From the NCBI RefSeq assembly GCF_009914755.1, contig NC_060925.1: 64,000 nt of DNA; one strand, given 5' to 3'. Below, one piece after another: positions 39,353 through 51,612 of this stretch. A model generated the notes under the pieces. It was given only the letters and a program-made list of their open reading frames with translations, made no database searches and had not been told where the DNA came from. The position numbers and the translations under genes are program-made. Within the stretch, counting starts at the first letter, position 1, and each line of letters starts with the position of its first letter. This stretch comes from the human T2T-CHM13v2.0 reference genome, Homo sapiens.

Positions 39353-39960
39353 GATTATTCCAGTTACTATGGCAGCATAACAAAACACCTCAAAACTTAG
39401 TACTATACAAGAGCAATTTTATGATTTTGTGATGCTCCCAAATCCTATGAGTCAGAAATTCAGCTGGGGCCACATGGGAATAGTGTTTCTTTACCTGAAG
39501 ATGTCTGGCTCCACAGTTTGGAAGACTCAATCGGTGAGGAAGAAGAGGTGATTCAATGCCAGGGGTGATTTGAACGGTTAGAAGCTAAAATAACTAGCAC
39601 TGGATGATCCAAATCCAAAATGGATTCTTCACTCACATGAACAGGGATAGCAAGAAGCCTGGGGTGAATTTGCACTGTCAACCAGAACAACTCCATGTGA
39701 TGGGTTATGATCCAAAAGGAAACATCTAGAAAGCAAACCTTTCAAGAGATCAAGACAGAAGTTTCAAGACTTATATTGGCCTAGCCTTGGAAGCCATGCA
39801 GCATCAATTATGCCTCATTTTACTGTAAATGAGTCATTAAGGTCTGCAGAAACTCAAGGGGAGAAGAGTTAGGCTCTGTGACTTGATGAAAGAGCAACAA
39901 GCTCACATTTCTTACAAAAGAAATGTGAGGAGGGAAATATTATTGAGGTCATTTTCATCA
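39353..39960 (-). mobile_element. MLT1G/H-type LTR
   Basis: CAGTTACTATGGCAGCATAACAAAACACCTCAAAACTTAGT and CTAGCCTTGGAAGCCATGCAGCATCA are the reverse complement of MLT1. Confidence 0.7.
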
Positions 39961-40614
39961 GATTTCCATTCAAATACCACTGTCTCAGGAGGCCATATTA
40001 TTAATCTCTTTAATGCATAGTACCATGTGACTCTCTGTAGCACTTCTCAGAGTTCCAATTTTAATTTGTTTGTCATTAATTCTTCAATGTCTGTCTTTGC
40101 CAGTAAATTTAAAGCTCACAGTGAGCAGGAACTGAGATCCTCCTCACCAGATATCTGTGCTGAATTGTGTTATATCTATCTAGCTATGCCTAGGAACCAC
40201 AAAGGCAACAGCTGCACAAATGCATCAGGTTTTCTGGAACAGCCTCTATGGGTTACTCCCCTTTGTGTTCCACTTCAGTAGCTTGGCTTCTTGGATTTAC
40301 TTAGAAGCTACAACTTGTTCCTTTGCCCTGAATCTCTCCAGGAAAAGAAGTCAGTAACTTTTTCGCTGATCTTCCTACTATCTCCTTCCAGACCTTCACT
40401 TGTGTAGAATGTTTTACATTTGCTTAAAGTCTAGTTCCTATAATAAATCTCATATTCCCATAATACTTAACAGTGGCTGTTTCCTGACTGGTAAAATATC
40501 CTTAGAATTTTGCCTAGTGGTTGGCAAATAATATATTATTGATAAATGGTTTTTGGAAATAAATGTCAAAGAACTGATTTTGATTTGTTCAAAAAGAATA
40601 AGGGTAAAAATAAT

Positions 40615-41420
40615 CTCAGACAAGAATTATCAATGGATGCTAAAACCACAGGGTGAAATTTGAGAAGTAGCAGGGCAATTACATGGTCTTAATGAATGCT
40701 ACAAAACATACTTATTCTTTACAAAGTGACCAAAAAGAAAGCTTGTCAGACACCAGCATCATTAACCAAGAGATCTAAGCTACGATTACAAGAAATAAGA
40801 AAAATAGATACCAAGTGTGCCCTGATATAATACACATGGAAGAACATAGCATTCTTCCTGGGGTTATTTCTGCAAAATGTGCATACCTAAATCTAATCTT
40901 GGGAGAACATCAGACAAACCCAAACTGTGGTGCAATCTTCACAAGTGCCAAAGGCCTGAAAGTTGAGGAAAGACCAAGGAACTCTTCTATATTGAAAGGT
41001 GATAAAAAATATGTCAAGTAAATGAAATGTGTGATTGTGAACTGGATCTTTTTGTTGTAAAGTATATAACTGGAATGAGTGGTGAAATCTAAATAAAATC
41101 TGAAGATTTTATGGTAACGATACATTAAGGATAGTTTTTTAGAGTTCACGGTTGAATTGTTGCTATGTGGGAGAGTGTGCTATGTGTGTGGTTTTTGGGT
41201 TTTTTTTTTTTGACAAACACTAGCATATTTTGGAGTGATAGGGTGTCAGTTTGTTGACTGAGAAATAGCTCAAAAAATAGAGGAGAGGGAGTATAGTGCA
41301 AATATGGTAGAATCTTAACATTTAGGGATTATCATTGAAGGGTAAATAGAAGTTCTTTGTACAGTTATTATAACTATAATCTAATTTTGATATTATTTAA
41401 AATAAAAGGTATAAAAAATA
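40615..41420 (+). mobile_element. L1MC-type 3' UTR fragment
   Basis: AATTATCAATGGATGCTAAAAC, AACATCAGACAAACCCAAACTG, AAATATGGTAGAATCTTAACATT...AAATAAAAG. Confidence 0.7.
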
Positions 41421-42919
41421 GTCAGGGGTGTTAATGAATAATGTCACCTTATTTGTTCTCAGTAAGTTTACTGTTCAAACTATGTGCCAGAATTGAAATA
41501 CAGGATACTACCATGATTTTTCTGCGAGAATGGAATAATCTCAAAATGTCTGAAGGATTAACTTTCTGATCATTATCCCCATTGGAAATGAAGGTGTAAA
41601 CACACTGGAATGGATATGTCGCCTTGTTATCTTGCACTGTTCAGGATTGTTCTGACAAAGCCTATGTCTTCCCATCTCCCAAGTCTATCATTATCTGCTA
41701 TGCTAGATATGTTATACACATCCATGACATGATTTTTCTGACATGTGAGGAGGGAGATTGGATGTCTTTATCTTGGACTGAATCCTCTAACTCTTCTTTC
41801 TAGCCAAGGTGATTATGTTTTCTACCTCAGATAATTCAGATCTTTATCCCATCTTCCAAAGAATGTGAAGAAGCAAAACTGAGGAATCAAAATAGAGCTC
41901 ATAATGTATTAATGTCACATTCATGCACTCAGTTAAATATTTCATTTTGTATTTTTTGTTGAAATACAATCAAGATCTTTTCACTGATAAAAAGAGAACT
42001 GCAGATAGTTAATAATTTTTAGATTATTTTTCTGAAATAAAATAATATAAGTACACGCACAGAGCTGTGATTTGCATGGGATGATGACATTACTTCCAGG
42101 GTAATTCTGTCTGTGTTTTATAGATCACCTCTTGAGAATTGCTGGTGATAAATCTGATTCTGGAAAATACCTTCTTTGAGTTTTGCACTGTTTGAGTTTA
42201 GCTTCTTGTCTATAGGCAAGGAGATTTTATGACTGTACCCAAAATGACGAAATCTACTTCTGGCTGCTGTACATTAGCCTGCTCTATCAGAATCATACCC
42301 ATTCATTTACTCTCCATTCAGCAAACATTTATTTTATCAGGTGCTGCACTAGGCTTGAAGGATAACAAAATGAGTAAAACCTTGACAAGGCCTTTAATAT
42401 CAAATGATTTCCACAGCAGACATCTCTCAGTATGAATGTACACACACAATCACTTTTTTTTTCCCTGAGAAAAAATAATGTCTGCTCTCTGGCTTTATGA
42501 TTAGATTAGGATTGAAGATTTTACCGAAGTTCAGCCACTGAGATTCTCTTTTAATAAATGTGGAATTAGAACTTACAGGATCTAATTCCATTAGTATTTT
42601 GCTTACATTTAAGTGATATATTCTGGAGAGGTATGGGGGAGACACTTCTCCCATTGTGTGTGAAAAAGGAAAAGGCATTTAATTACCATGTAGAAGAATG
42701 AAGTCGACTTCAGAGGTAGCAGAGTAAGACACATAGAAAAAGTGATTATACCTCAAACAATAATCATTTTGCTTTCTGGTCAGGCTTTCCATTTCCTGCT
42801 GTTAGATTTTTGTGATTTCTATGAAATATCTCTTTATTCTTCAAATCCATCTCTTCTCTTTTTTTTTCTTTTCTTAAACAACCAAAGGCAGTCTATAGAC
42901 TAATAACTACAATGATGTA

Positions 42920-43566
42920 CAGTTGACCCTTGAACAATGCAGGGATTAGGGGCACCAACTCCTGAGTAATTGAAAATTCACATATAATTTTTGACTTCCT
43001 TAAAACATAACTGACAATGTCCTACTGTTGACCAGTAGCTTTACTGATAACATAAACACTCAACTTATATTTGGAGTTTTGTTTGTTTGTTATTATTTTA
43101 TTTTATTATATGTTTTTGAGACAGGGTCTCACTCTGTTGCCCAGGCTGGAGTGCAGTGGTGCGATCACAGCTCCCTGAAATCTTTAACTCTTCTGCTCAA
43201 GTGATTCTCCAGTCTAGCCCTCCCAAAATGCTGGGATTACCAGACTGAGTCACAGCACCTGGCAGATTAATATGTATTTTGTATATTATATGTACTATAC
43301 ACTATATTCTTATAATAAAGTAAACTAAGGAAAAGAAAAAAGTTATTAAGACAATTACAAGGAAGAGAAAATGTATTTACTAATTATTAAGTGTAAATAG
43401 ATCATCATAAAGATCTTCAACCTCATCATCTCCACATTGAGTAGGCTGTGGAGGAAGAAGAAGCAGAGGGGTTGGTCTTCCTGTCTTAGGGATGGCAGAG
43501 GTGGAAGAAAATTTAAGTATAAATGGGTATGTGCAGTTCAAACCTGTGTTGTTGAAGGGTCAACTC
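42920..43566 (+). mobile_element. Tigger2a (MER28) DNA transposon interrupted by an Alu monomer
   Basis: TIRs CAGTTGACCCTTGAACAA / TTGTTGAAGGGTCAACTC; TA target duplications at 42918-42919 and 43567-43568. Confidence 0.88.
43077..43263 (-). mobile_element. Monomeric Alu (FAM/FRAM-like) inside Tigger2a
   Basis: GAGACAGGGTCTCACTCTGTTGCCCAGGCTGGAGTGCAGTGG runs straight into CCCAAAATGCTGGGATTAC; a single arm. Confidence 0.85.
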
Positions 43567-43594
43567 TAATTGGGCCTGTAAAGGGAGTATAAAT

Positions 43595-44388
<794 letters not shown>

Positions 44389-44399
44389 TAGTCATTCTC

Positions 44400-44660
44400 T
44401 CAGGGTTATAAGAAAAGATCTCCTGGAGAAAGTCTTTCCCGACTCCTCAATGATTAATTGGACCTTGCAAGGTCAAGAAGGAAAAGGATCATTTCAGGAA
44501 GAGGATATATAATGTGCAAGACAAAAAGAGTTGTTAGTTTTAATGCTATTGCAACAAAAAGAGTTGAAGTTTTGTTAGAAGAATGGTGATGTAGCCAGAT
44601 TTATTTTTAGAAAGATAACTGGCAGATGGTGAAGAATAAATGGAAGTAGGTATGATTACT
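44400..44660 (-). mobile_element. L2 fragment
   Basis: ATCATTTCAGGAAGAGGATATATAATGTGCAAG and AGATTTATTTTTAGAAAGATAACTGG. Confidence 0.55.
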
Positions 44661-44667
44661 TATAAAT

Positions 44668-44764
44668 GCTGAGGCATTATGTGAGGCCAGTTCAAGTCTG
44701 CTGTGATTGCAGAACTGCACTCCAGCCTCAGTGACTAAGCAAGATCCTGCCTCTAAAGAAAAAA
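44668..44764 (+). mobile_element. Decayed Alu right-arm fragment
   Basis: ACTGCACTCCAGCCT...GCAAGATCCTGCCTCTAAAGAAAAAA. Confidence 0.7.
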
Positions 44765-45012
44765 TGACTACTAGCATTTTAAAAAAAATATGACACATAC
44801 AAGTACCTTGCCAGATATCTGTATCTCTAACACTTTCTCTCAGACTGGTGTTTTTGTTTTCATTGTCAATAGACTAGTGTGTTTTACTTTCAATTGGTTT
44901 ATTTTCTAATCTCCCTTATGATTTTTGTCCTTGATTCATGTATTCTTTAAAAGTATATTGAACAAATGCCAAACATTAGGGGATTTTTCCATTTAAAAAG
45001 TAAAAAGACTAG

Positions 45013-45300
45013 TAATCGTAGCCCTTTGGGAGGCCAAGGTGGGTGGATCACTTGAGGTCAAGAGTTTGAGACCAGCCTGGCCAACATGGTGAAACCCTGT
45101 CTCTACCAAAAATAAAAAAATTAGCCTGGTGTGGTGGTGAGCACCTGTAATCTTAGCTACTCAGAAGGCTGAGGCAGGAGAATAGCTTGAACCTGGGAGG
45201 CAGAGGTTGCTGTGAGCTGAGATCGCACCACAGCACTCAGCCTGGACAATAGAGTGAGACTCTGACTCAAAAACAAAAATGTAAACAAAAAACAACAGCA
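45013..45300 (+). mobile_element. AluSx/Sz, 5'-truncated by about 25 nt
   Basis: Perfect 11-bp TSD AAAAAGACTAG (45002-45012, 45301-45311); A box missing. Confidence 0.92.
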
Positions 45301-45412
45301 AAAAAGACTAGCTGTACACAAGGATCATCTGATAGAGATACATAGCATAACCAATATTTCTGCCAAAACTCAGTAAACCTACAATTTAGCTAAAAGTTCC
45401 TAAGTTTCCTAT

Positions 45413-45897
45413 TGATGGGTCTGACCTGCAGACCTTGGCTGAATGCCAGATGAAAAAATGCACTCAGACACAGGTATCCAGTGAAGAGCAGGCTAGGGGA
45501 CAGGGCTGCTCACAGACCCCAAGAAGGGTGTTGTAAAGAGTCAGTAGCCATGGCCCTGACAAGCTGGCTCTGTGGGGATTTATTTAGAACAGATTTAATG
45601 ACAAAGGCCTTGAATCAACACCCTTGCAGTTTGTCCCCTGGAGAGAGCAGTCCTGTGCGTGGATGATTAAAGGCCAAGTTCCAAGTCCTAAGTAAACTAG
45701 CTTATTTAGATCAGTTTCTTTACATCTCCTTCTTATCTAACCTAAGCTTTCAGGCACCAGATAAGAGAATCTGGCTGCCTTCAGCCAAATCTGCCTTCAG
45801 CCAAATCCTTTTACGAAGCTTTTGTAAAACCTCCTGGTCTTCCAAGAAGGTTTGCCTCTTCCTACAATTTTTCCCACCACACTGACCATTTCCTACA
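45413..45897 (-). mobile_element. LTR22-family solo LTR (HERV-K HML-5)
   Basis: Minus strand reads TGTAGGAAATGGTCAGTGTGGTGGGAAAAATTGTAGG...AACCTTCTTGGAAG...GGCCTTTGTCATTAAATCTG...CA; perfect 6-bp TSD TCCTAT (45407-45412, 45898-45903). Confidence 0.88.
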
Positions 45898-46030
45898 TCC
45901 TATTATAATGTGTTTCTTAAAAGAATGGCCTTGTGCAGAGATTTTTCTCCTGCATTCTCTATTCCTCAGTCAGGCTTCTCTATCCAGCAATCTAGATTTT
46001 TTTTTTTTTTTTGCATCAAAAAATGTCTAG

Positions 46031-46324
46031 GGTCTGGGCATGGTGGCTTCCACCTATGATCCCAACACTTTGGGAGGCAAAGGCAAGTGAATTGCTTGAG
46101 CCCAGAAGTCATAAATAAATAAATAAATAATAAATAATAAATAAATAACCTAATAAATAAATAACCTAGCCAGGCATGCATGGTGCTGTGCATGCCTCTG
46201 GTGTGGTCCCAGCTACTCAGGAGGCTGAGATGGGAGAATCTCTTGAGCCCGGGATGTCAAGGCTGCAGTGAGCCTTGATTGCTCCACTGTACTCCAGCCT
46301 GGATGATAGAGCAAGACTTTGTCT

Positions 46325-46356
<32 letters not shown>
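46031..46356 (+). mobile_element. AluJ with (AAAT)n-expanded linker and A31 tail
   Basis: J diagnostics (TTGAGCCCAG, GTCAAGGCTGCAGTGAGCC); a further ~50-nt Alu 5' fragment follows at 46361-46410. Confidence 0.88.
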
Positions 46357-46358
<2 letters not shown>

Positions 46359-46516
46359 AGTCTCAGGTGCAATGGGTCACACTCTAATCCCTGCACTTGG
46401 GAGACTGAGGTATCAAGGAAGAATAGAAAATAAGCAAGAAACAAAAAACGTAAGTTAATATTTTTAACATTCCTCCACTACACTTTTTAAACACTTACTT
46501 TACTTTATTATAATTA

Positions 46517-46860
46517 CAACCATGTATCACTTGATGACAGGAATAGATTCTGAGAAATGGCTCATTAAAAGATTTTGTCATTGTGCAAACAACATAGAGT
46601 GTACTTACGCAGACCTAGAGGGTATAGACTATTACTCATCCAGACTTTATGGTATAGCCTGTTGCTGCTAGGATACAAACCAGTACAACATGTTACTGAA
46701 CTGAATACTGTAGGCAATTGTATTAATAAAGTAATGGTAAGCATGTGTGTATCTAAACATAGAAAAGGTACAGGAAAAATACAGCATTATGATATCCTGG
46801 GATCACCATTGTATATATGGTCCATTGTTGACTGAATCATCATTATGTAGTATATGACTG
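46517..46860 (+). mobile_element. Tigger3a (MER7A) MITE
   Basis: About 344 bp with degenerate TIRs CAACCATG.../...TATGACTG and TA flanks; internal TATGGTATAGCCTGTTGCTGCTAGG...AACCAGTACAACATGTTACTG. Confidence 0.88.
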
Positions 46861-46864
46861 TATA

Positions 46865-47020
46865 TGTTCACCTGCCTGTCTCTTCTTCTTACACTGTAAG
46901 TTCCTTAAGGGCAGAACTAGAAATCATTGATTTATCTCTTTATTTCCATTTTCTGGCACCATTTAAAGTAGTTGCCCAATAACTGCATGCTGAGTAAATA
47001 AAAAAGAATGCATGAATTAA
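46865..47020 (+). mobile_element. L2 3' end
   Basis: ACACTGTAAGTTCCTTAAGGGCAG...TCTGGCAC...CCCAATAACTGCATGCTGAGTAAAT. Confidence 0.65.
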
Positions 47021-47610
47021 AAAGATAGAATATGTACACATTTATTATTCAATTTAATGTAAAAGTATGCAGCCCAACAAAAGATATCCAGATTTTAAGT
47101 ATCTAGGCAGATAGACATATTCAGAAGAGAAGTTCAGATAATTTTGCCACACAACAGAATAGAAAGCTTAAAGAAATATTGATGATAAATGTTACATTTT
47201 CTACTAAGGTAGTTTTGAATATAATCACAATATTTAAGCATTGTTTTACTATACATTTTCATGTGCCATTTAACAATATGAATCAGATTATTAAATGTGA
47301 ACAGTCTTTCTTGGATTTCAAGTGCATGTATAATACTCTCCAAAAATAATAAATCTGCCTCGGTTGTTTTTTGATATCTGCTAGAGGATGTTCACATTAA
47401 GATAAATGAATTGTCATGTTTCAAGAACTGTTTAGTTTCACTTTTAGGGGACCATCTGTTCTCTGATGAATGGTTCTGTGTATAAGACTGGGCATGTTGA
47501 TTTAGCTCTTTTTTAAATAAATGCCATAGCTAATTATTTTTTTTAAGAATGTAGTGTTTAACCCCTCCAGCTTCCATGGTCTCTTTTGAAAACAACTATG
47601 TAATAATGGT

Positions 47611-47983
47611 TGATATGATTTGGCTGTTTCCCCACCCAAATCTCATCTTGAATTGTAGCTCCCATAATCCCCACATTATCGTGGGAGGGACCTAGTGCAA
47701 GGTAATTTAATCAAGCGGGCGGTTATCTTCATGCTGTTCTCATCACCGGATCTGATGGTTTTTATAACGGGCATTTTTCCCCCTTGTGCTCAGCACTCCT
47801 CCTTGCTGCCATCACGTGAAGAAGGACATATTTGTTTCCCCTTACACCATGATTGTAAGTTTCCTGAGGCCTCCTCAGCCATGCTGAACTCTGAGTCAGT
47901 TAAATCTCTTTTAATTCCTTCAGAGGGTGCAATTACCCAGTCTCTGGTGTGTCATTATTAGCAGCATGAGATGGACTAATACA
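47611..47983 (+). mobile_element. THE1B-type solo LTR
   Basis: TGATATGATTTGGCTGTTTCCCCACCCAAATCTC...AGCAGCATGAGATGGACTAATACA; TSD ATG[G/A]T. Confidence 0.9.
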
Positions 47984-49025
47984 ATGATCTTGTCCACATA
48001 AAGGTTTCTCTTAGAATGCAAACACATTTAGCATAAATTGCAGGAAAAAATAATTGGATATGTTGGAATACCCCTATTTGTGACTGAATAATGCCCTTAT
48101 CTTTCTGAGAAACTAACTCTCTGAATGAGCGCACAGTTTAGAGCGCACACACTGAACGTTCACAGAGAAAAGACAGCCAGCTAATGCTGCCTTCAACCAA
48201 CCTTATCCATCATGGAGTTAAGGGATACCACTGTATTACCCTCACATTACTTTGCACACTGTTACTCTGTATCATCAGGAAGAGAACATATAAATGATAA
48301 AATTTTAAAAAGCACACGATTAGCATGTAATGATCCATATAATTTTTTGAATTAATGGGTATTACTTAATTTGAGGTTTTAAACATGTATTTGAATCATT
48401 CAAAATATAGCTATAGTTGTAAAATTAAAAGTACAACCATTAAGCATTTACAATTGTGATTTACATTAGAAATAATCAAGGAACCTACTCATAGATTACA
48501 CATATAAAATATTCACTTGTATATTACTATGTTCACACTTGTTAAATCAGTAGATAAATAATTTTGCCACATAGATCCATGGATTCCCAAACTCTATTCT
48601 ATAGTAGAGCCCTAGGTTTATGAGGGCTATGGGTGAGCATACATCTTATAGACATATCCATTCTTAATTCAACAAAACTGCTCTATTTTTAATTTTACAC
48701 AATATATTTTTGAATGTTTTCATTTGTAGAATCAGTTTCATAGCTAAAGTAGCAGGAAAACTAGTGCCCTAGATAAACCCACCTCCCCGAAATTTTTCTG
48801 CTTTGAAACATCAATGATGATTGCTTTTTTTATAGAAATTTTTTATGGGAAATTGCATTTATCTTTGTTAGTAGAGACCACATAAAATCCAGTAACTAAT
48901 TTTTACTTATTTAAATGGAGAGACAGAAGAAATAACCACTTCACTGCTTCATTATCTGTCTACCTGACACTGACTCCATGCATCAAAAATGAGCCCTCTG
49001 CAACCACATTAAAAAACAAAAACTA

Positions 49026-49445
<420 letters not shown>

Positions 49446-50039
49446 TTAATGTTTCCCAAATTTTCATGAAGATATATCTTTACATTATGCTACCTATCTT
49501 ATTAAATAGGATTTTCCCTACTAAGACAAATAAAATTACTCTAGTCAGATGCAGTAAAAGGAAACTTATTGATGGAATGTGAAATAATTCACAAAATCAA
49601 AGTAAATGCTGAGGAACCAGGCTTTATTATAAAGGAACGAATCAGAGCAGCTGCCTGAAACTAGGAAGTAGAAACAATGGAAATATCTCTCCAAGTTATT
49701 CCTATTTGATCAAACCATTTGTAAACTCTTTCTTCTCTCCTATTACACTGGGGCAAGTGTCCTATTGCCATCAAAAGTCAAACTCCCCATTGAGACTCTA
49801 GCATCATCTTCTCTCACCTTCTCCATGACTGAACTCTGACAATTTTGTACTTTCCAGGGTATTTTTCTAATTTCTACTTTTGTACTCCTTCCCTTCAGTA
49901 TGCAAGATGAAGGGAATATCACCTCTATCATACTTAGAATATCCATCTTATGAAAAAATGATTACTTGTCCATCATTCTGTCACCAGTACCCCACATTCT
50001 CTATCCTTCTTAAATACAGTGGTTAGTGATTGCTGTTTC

Positions 50040-51150
50040 TGCTTCCTCACATAGCATCCTCTCCTTAATTTACTGCATTATTTCAGGATCCTACACTGCA
50101 GAATCTACTTTTGTCAAGAATACCAAGTCTCTATTGTTGTCAGATTTGATGGTCACTTCTCTAATTTTGCCTTCTCTGGCCTCTGAGCAGTGTTTAACCT
50201 TGTTGACCATACCCTCTTTCTAGAAACACATCTTCTCTTACCTGTCAGGATAAATGTCCTTTATTTTCATCCTAAATGACAGGCTACTACTTCCCAAGCT
50301 CATTTGCTTGACTTCTAAGAGTTAAAGTGCCTCGTGGCCTTTGTCTAAGTCACCTCTTCACTGTCTGAGCACTCTCCACATATGACCTCATTCACTTCTC
50401 TCTCATCAGTTACTACTTATGTCAGCAAATCCCATGTTTCTCTCTGTAGCCCTGATTTCCCTCAGCACTCTACATGCTTCTATGCAGTAGTCTACTCAAC
50501 ATCTTTACATGCATCACCAACAACCATCTAAATTCACCATGTGGAAAATGGAACATTTAAACCACCCCATTTCCACCCTGGTCTTTCTTCAGTTTTTTCC
50601 ACCTCAGTAAACCACATCTGTATATATCCAGTTGGCAAAGCCAAACATCTCAGAGTCCTTGATGCTTCTTTCTCCATCATGACATCCATTTAATTCACCA
50701 GCAAATCCTATTGATTCTATCTCTAAAACGTATACAAAATCTGTCCACTTTTTTCAGTCTCTACTAAGGCCACCCAGACTAAACCACTTCTCTCACATGG
50801 ACTAAGCTAATAAGTAGCTTTTCATTTCACATGTTAACAATTCCTTTCTCTTCACATAGAAAAAAAAAGATATTTTAGAAATATTTTTGTAGTGTCATGT
50901 GCTTACTTAAAATTCTCCAATGATCTCTCAACTTATTCAAAATCATATTTTTATTCTGCTTTGGCCTGTGATATAACCCTGCTACATTTTTGACCTTATT
51001 TTAAACTAGCTTTCTTCTCACCAGCCCTACCAGTCTTCTCTACTATCTAGTTGAACTACATAGTCTCATGGTAGACTCATCTCCATGAATTTCACATAGA
51101 TGGCTGCATCTTTTGATCATTCACTTAAATTCATATCTTTATATAGCTAT
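50040..51150 (+). mobile_element. L2 ORF2/3' fragment
   Basis: CTTTTGTCAAG...ACCAAG, CAGTGTTTAACCTTGTTGACCATACCCTCTTTCTAGAAACA, TCACCAGCAAATCCTATTGATTCTATCTCTAAAA. Confidence 0.75.
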
Positions 51151-51176
51151 CAGCCAAAAGTCCAAAGTCTTAGTGG

Positions 51177-51177
<1 letters not shown>

Positions 51178-51211
<34 letters not shown>

Positions 51212-51221
51212 TACACACACA
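51178..51221. repeat. Imperfect (CA)n microsatellite
   Basis: Direct reading. Confidence 0.95.
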
Positions 51222-51612
51222 GAAGCTTATGTTCTACCTACATAACAATTCAATTTCACGCTGTGTGTGTGTTTGTGTATAGTGGGAAGAGTTGCTCTGC
51301 TTCATGTAGTTATTCAGGGGCTTCTTCAATGCAGTGACTTCACTATCTCATAGGGCCTGAAGATTTCCCTTGAAGTCTGTGTATCTGGCCTCTATCACCT
51401 TCAGAAAAGAGAGAATCTATGGAGAATTGCAAAGAATCCTTTATGGACCATATCTGAGGTGACTTTTATCACTATTCCCCACATTCTAGTGGCCAGATTT
51501 CAGTCATACAGTCACACTAATGTCAAGACATGCTGGAAAATATGGCTTAGTGGTTTCCCCAGGATAAAGAGGGGAAGATAAATATTGGTGATTATTAGCA
51601 GTCTTTGGCATA
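51222..51612 (-). mobile_element. Old MLT1 (J/K-type) LTR fragment
   Basis: CACATTCTAGTGGCCAGATTTCAGTCATACAGTCACACTAA...GCTGGAAAATATGG...TATTGGTGATTATTAGCAGTCTTTGGCA. Confidence 0.6.

Noticed and set aside
40130-40490. Possible ERVL LTR (LTR16/33-like) fragment
   Set aside because: The resemblance is too weak to name a family without an HMM search.
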